The notes under the pieces were generated by a model, which did not search any database, was not told the origin of the DNA, and saw only the letters and a list, made by a program, of their open reading frames with translations. This document shows, piece after piece, positions 14,890-16,993 of a DNA stretch of 16,993 bases (positions are counted from its first letter, which is position 1; the number at the start of each line of letters is the position of its first letter). This DNA comes from Archangiaceae bacterium (lineage in GTDB: Bacteria; Myxococcota; Myxococcia; Myxococcales; Myxococcaceae). The position numbers were made by a program, and so were the translations under genes. The stretch lies in the NCBI GenBank assembly GCA_043750125.1, contig JAYVCD010000325.1, positions 1 through 16,993 of the forward strand. The letters run 5' to 3'.

Positions 14890-16806
14890 CTAATTGCAGA
14901 TCACCGGGGAATCGAGATCTCCGTCCACGACGGGCGCCTGGTAGAGCGAATACTTTCCGCCGGGCTCGTTGGCGTCGCGGGACGTAGGGCAGGTGAACGT
15001 CAGCGTGGTGGCCGCGTCGACGATCGTATTGCGAATCGACTCACGGTAGACACAAGACGTGCCGCCGAGCGCCGCGCTCGCTTCGCAGATTCGAACCACC
15101 TGGGGAGGATTGCTGGACCTGTTCTTGGTGCAGCTCAGCGTGACCTGCGCGCCCGGGGTGCAAGAGCGAATCGGTTGTTCCTTGAAGCCGCAATCGCGCA
15201 GTGGACCCTGCTGATCGCGGGTGCAGGGGGCCGTGGTGTAGCCGCCCACTCTTGGAACCGTCACGTTGAGCGAGGCGAAGTTGTTGGTCTGGGTGTTGGG
15301 GGCAAATGAGCACAACGGCCGATCGACGGGGAGTCCGGCCTCTGTGACGAAGGACGTGGCCTCGAACTGAAGCGCTCCACTCGAGTCCGTCACCGGCGTT
15401 CCTTCGCACAAGAACCGGTCGGGGTTGCTTTGGAAGCTCAGCGGGAACGTGCTCGCCGCGGTGCTGGGCGTCGGAAGGGACGTGATGTCGATCCACTGGC
15501 ACTCGGTACCGGCGATGTAATCATCGCCCCAGCCCGCCGCGATTCCCTGGTTGTGACACGAGAAGGGGTGGGCCAACGGAGCCACTTCGCTGTTGAACCA
15601 GCGGGTCGTCGACTCGAGGCAGAAGGCGCGCTTTTCGCCGGGAAGCGCTCCGTACTTGAACTCCCCGTAGTGCGAGAAATGAAAGTGACCGTGGCAGGGG
15701 CTGAACTCGAAGACGTTGTGCACCCGCAGCGGAGCATTGGGATCATCGGTGCCGCCTACCGCCAGGGGTTTGGCGCCCTGGTTCTTCACGCTCGCCGTGA
15801 ACTGCAGCAGCCGACGCCAACCCGAGCCGCCGACGCACTGCTCGGCGATCGAGCACGAGTTCGGCGCGATGTACCGGTAGATGATTCGGTTGTCGGCCAG
15901 TCCCGCCTGCACAGGAGTGAGATCCGGCGCATTGGCCTGTGTCGGGGTGCCGACCCGCACCTGATTGGCGAGGGTCGCGTTCCAGACCAGCCGCTCGAAG
16001 TGAAGCTGGGTGTCGACTCGGCCGATGTGGTTCGTGACCGCGTCGAGGCAAGACTCGGTGGGCAGCGGGAAGGTGAGGTGGCAAATCTGGTTGCCTGCGA
16101 CTTCGACTCCGCAGGTGTGGTCATACAGCGACCCAGAGTTCTCCGAGTCGGCGGTGTTGGGCGGGTAACCGTCTTCGTCCACGCACGCGTAGCCGGTGCG
16201 CGCGAACAGCAGCTCGGGGTCGATCGGCAGTTGGTACGGCTCGTCCCACAGACCGCCCGCTGCCTTCAGCTTCGGCTCGCTCGTTCCCGGCGAGTCCACG
16301 TCGGTGAGGATCGTGGTCGTCAGAGTGTACGGCACCGAAATCACATCGTGGCCCTGCAGCGTGGTGCGCTGGGCCGCGGCCCCGAGCGTGATGTTCCACT
16401 GGTCCGACGTGGTGATCGGCATCATCTGCTTGTTGCTCGAAGTCCCGCTGCCACTTCCATAGAAGAAGTTGCGGTAGGTGAGGCGGTACCCGGTGAGCTC
16501 CGCTTGTGCCTTCGCCCGCGCGACCCAGAACGCGGTGGGCTTCAGCAGAATGCCCGTGGCCACCCGGTTGCGGACCGAAGCAGGAAGCTCATCGAGATTC
16601 ACCGCAACGCTGCTGCTCATCGTCACCCGGACCAGTGCTCCAGGATCCGACGGACTGGGAGTCCCAACCACCACCCCGTCGAGAACCCTCGAGCCCAAAG
16701 ACCGATCGTGAGCCGAGGGGTCTTCGATTCCGCAGCCCGACCCGAACACCCACAACGAACCCAAGACCCACGATGCACAGCTGCGCCGGATGCGGCTCAA
16801 CGCCAT
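14890..16806 (-). CDS. Lysyl oxidase domain-containing lipoprotein (about 638 aa)
   Basis: Probable start ATG 16806 with GGAG 9 nt upstream. MALSRIRRSCASWVLGSLWVFGSGC is a possible lipoprotein signal (Cys25). LOX motifs: RRLLQF...KNQG; FEFSPCHGHFH (compare mammalian WEWHSCHQHYH); GEKRAFCLES (compare GHKASFCLED); QGIAAGWGDDY...CQWIDIT (compare QGLSPGCYDTY...CQWIDIT); later NP and NN. Flanked by Cys-rich N- and C-terminal regions. Confidence 0.88.
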   Translation of the reverse strand: MALSRIRRSCASWVLGSLWVFGSGCGIEDPSAHDRSLGSRVLDGVVVGTPSPSDPGALVRVTMSSSVAVNLDELPASVRNRVATGILLKPTAFWVARAKAQAELTGYRLTYRNFFYGSGSGTSSNKQMMPITTSDQWNITLGAAAQRTTLQGHDVISVPYTLTTTILTDVDSPGTSEPKLKAAGGLWDEPYQLPIDPELLFARTGYACVDEDGYPPNTADSENSGSLYDHTCGVEVAGNQICHLTFPLPTESCLDAVTNHIGRVDTQLHFERLVWNATLANQVRVGTPTQANAPDLTPVQAGLADNRIIYRYIAPNSCSIAEQCVGGSGWRRLLQFTASVKNQGAKPLAVGGTDDPNAPLRVHNVFEFSPCHGHFHFSHYGEFKYGALPGEKRAFCLESTTRWFNSEVAPLAHPFSCHNQGIAAGWGDDYIAGTECQWIDITSLPTPSTAASTFPLSFQSNPDRFLCEGTPVTDSSGALQFEATSFVTEAGLPVDRPLCSFAPNTQTNNFASLNVTVPRVGGYTTAPCTRDQQGPLRDCGFKEQPIRSCTPGAQVTLSCTKNRSSNPPQVVRICEASAALGGTSCVYRESIRNTIVDAATTLTFTCPTSRDANEPGGKYSLYQAPVVDGDLDSPVICN

Positions 16807-16993
16807 AAGGGAAAGCTCCAGAGATGAAGGGGGGAAATTGCTACCGAAGGGTGTCACACCGGACAAGGGCGCAGGAACCCTACAGCAACGCTGGAACAGG
16901 TCCACGCCGCTTGGCTGTGGGTCCGCCCCGCTTGCTTCGTCCGGTTTGCCCACCCTCGAGGCGGTCGCTACCGTTTCCAGCACCAGGAGAATT

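Noticed and set aside
14300-14987. Short ORFs in the intergenic region (14212..14523, 14550..14987, tail of 14100..14513)
   Set aside because: No recognisable motifs or typical codon pattern. They overlap hairpins or the 3' end of the LOX-like gene.
5953-16806. Functional link between the LOX-like gene and the pfa operon
   Set aside because: They are separated by about 1.2 kb, a hairpin and an opposite-strand pseudogene, and there is no biochemical rationale. Conserved synteny would be needed to support a link.
15430-16827. 465-aa + strand ORF
   Set aside because: Antisense shadow of the LOX-like gene.
16807-16983. 59-aa N-terminal extension of the 697-aa ORF
   Set aside because: ATG 16806 has an RBS and directly begins a signal peptide. 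The extension would bury that signal.
1-16993. CRISPR arrays, tRNA/rRNA genes, IS elements, retron RT
   Set aside because: I saw no regularly spaced repeats, cloverleafs, or transposase, integrase or RT motifs. The only clear direct repeat is the ACP pair.

Overview
GC-rich bacterial DNA, probably myxobacterial (Myxococcota), judging from the gene content and the DAG-repeat lipoprotein leader; this is inference only. About 13.6 kb of the minus strand is a two-gene, translationally coupled PUFA-synthase-type (pfa) iterative FAS/PKS operon. Gene 1 (13620..5953) is one polypeptide in which a complete PfaD/Pfa1-type enoyl reductase is fused in frame to a PfaA/Pfa2 module (KS-MAT-ACP-ACP-KR-DH) with only two ACPs. 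Gene 2 starts at 5956 and runs off the left edge. It is missing from the ORF track because its stop lies outside the window. It is a Pfa3/PfaBC-type protein (KS-CLF-AT-pseudoDH-DH-pseudoDH...). Upstream and divergent is a three-frame lipoprotein pseudogene resembling DUF3472. Next comes an intergenic stretch with two hairpins, one possibly part of a rod-like ncRNA. At the right is a minus-strand lipoprotein with a lysyl oxidase domain that keeps the Cu-binding histidines and the LTQ Lys/Tyr. Family assignments come from motifs recognised by eye, not from database searches.
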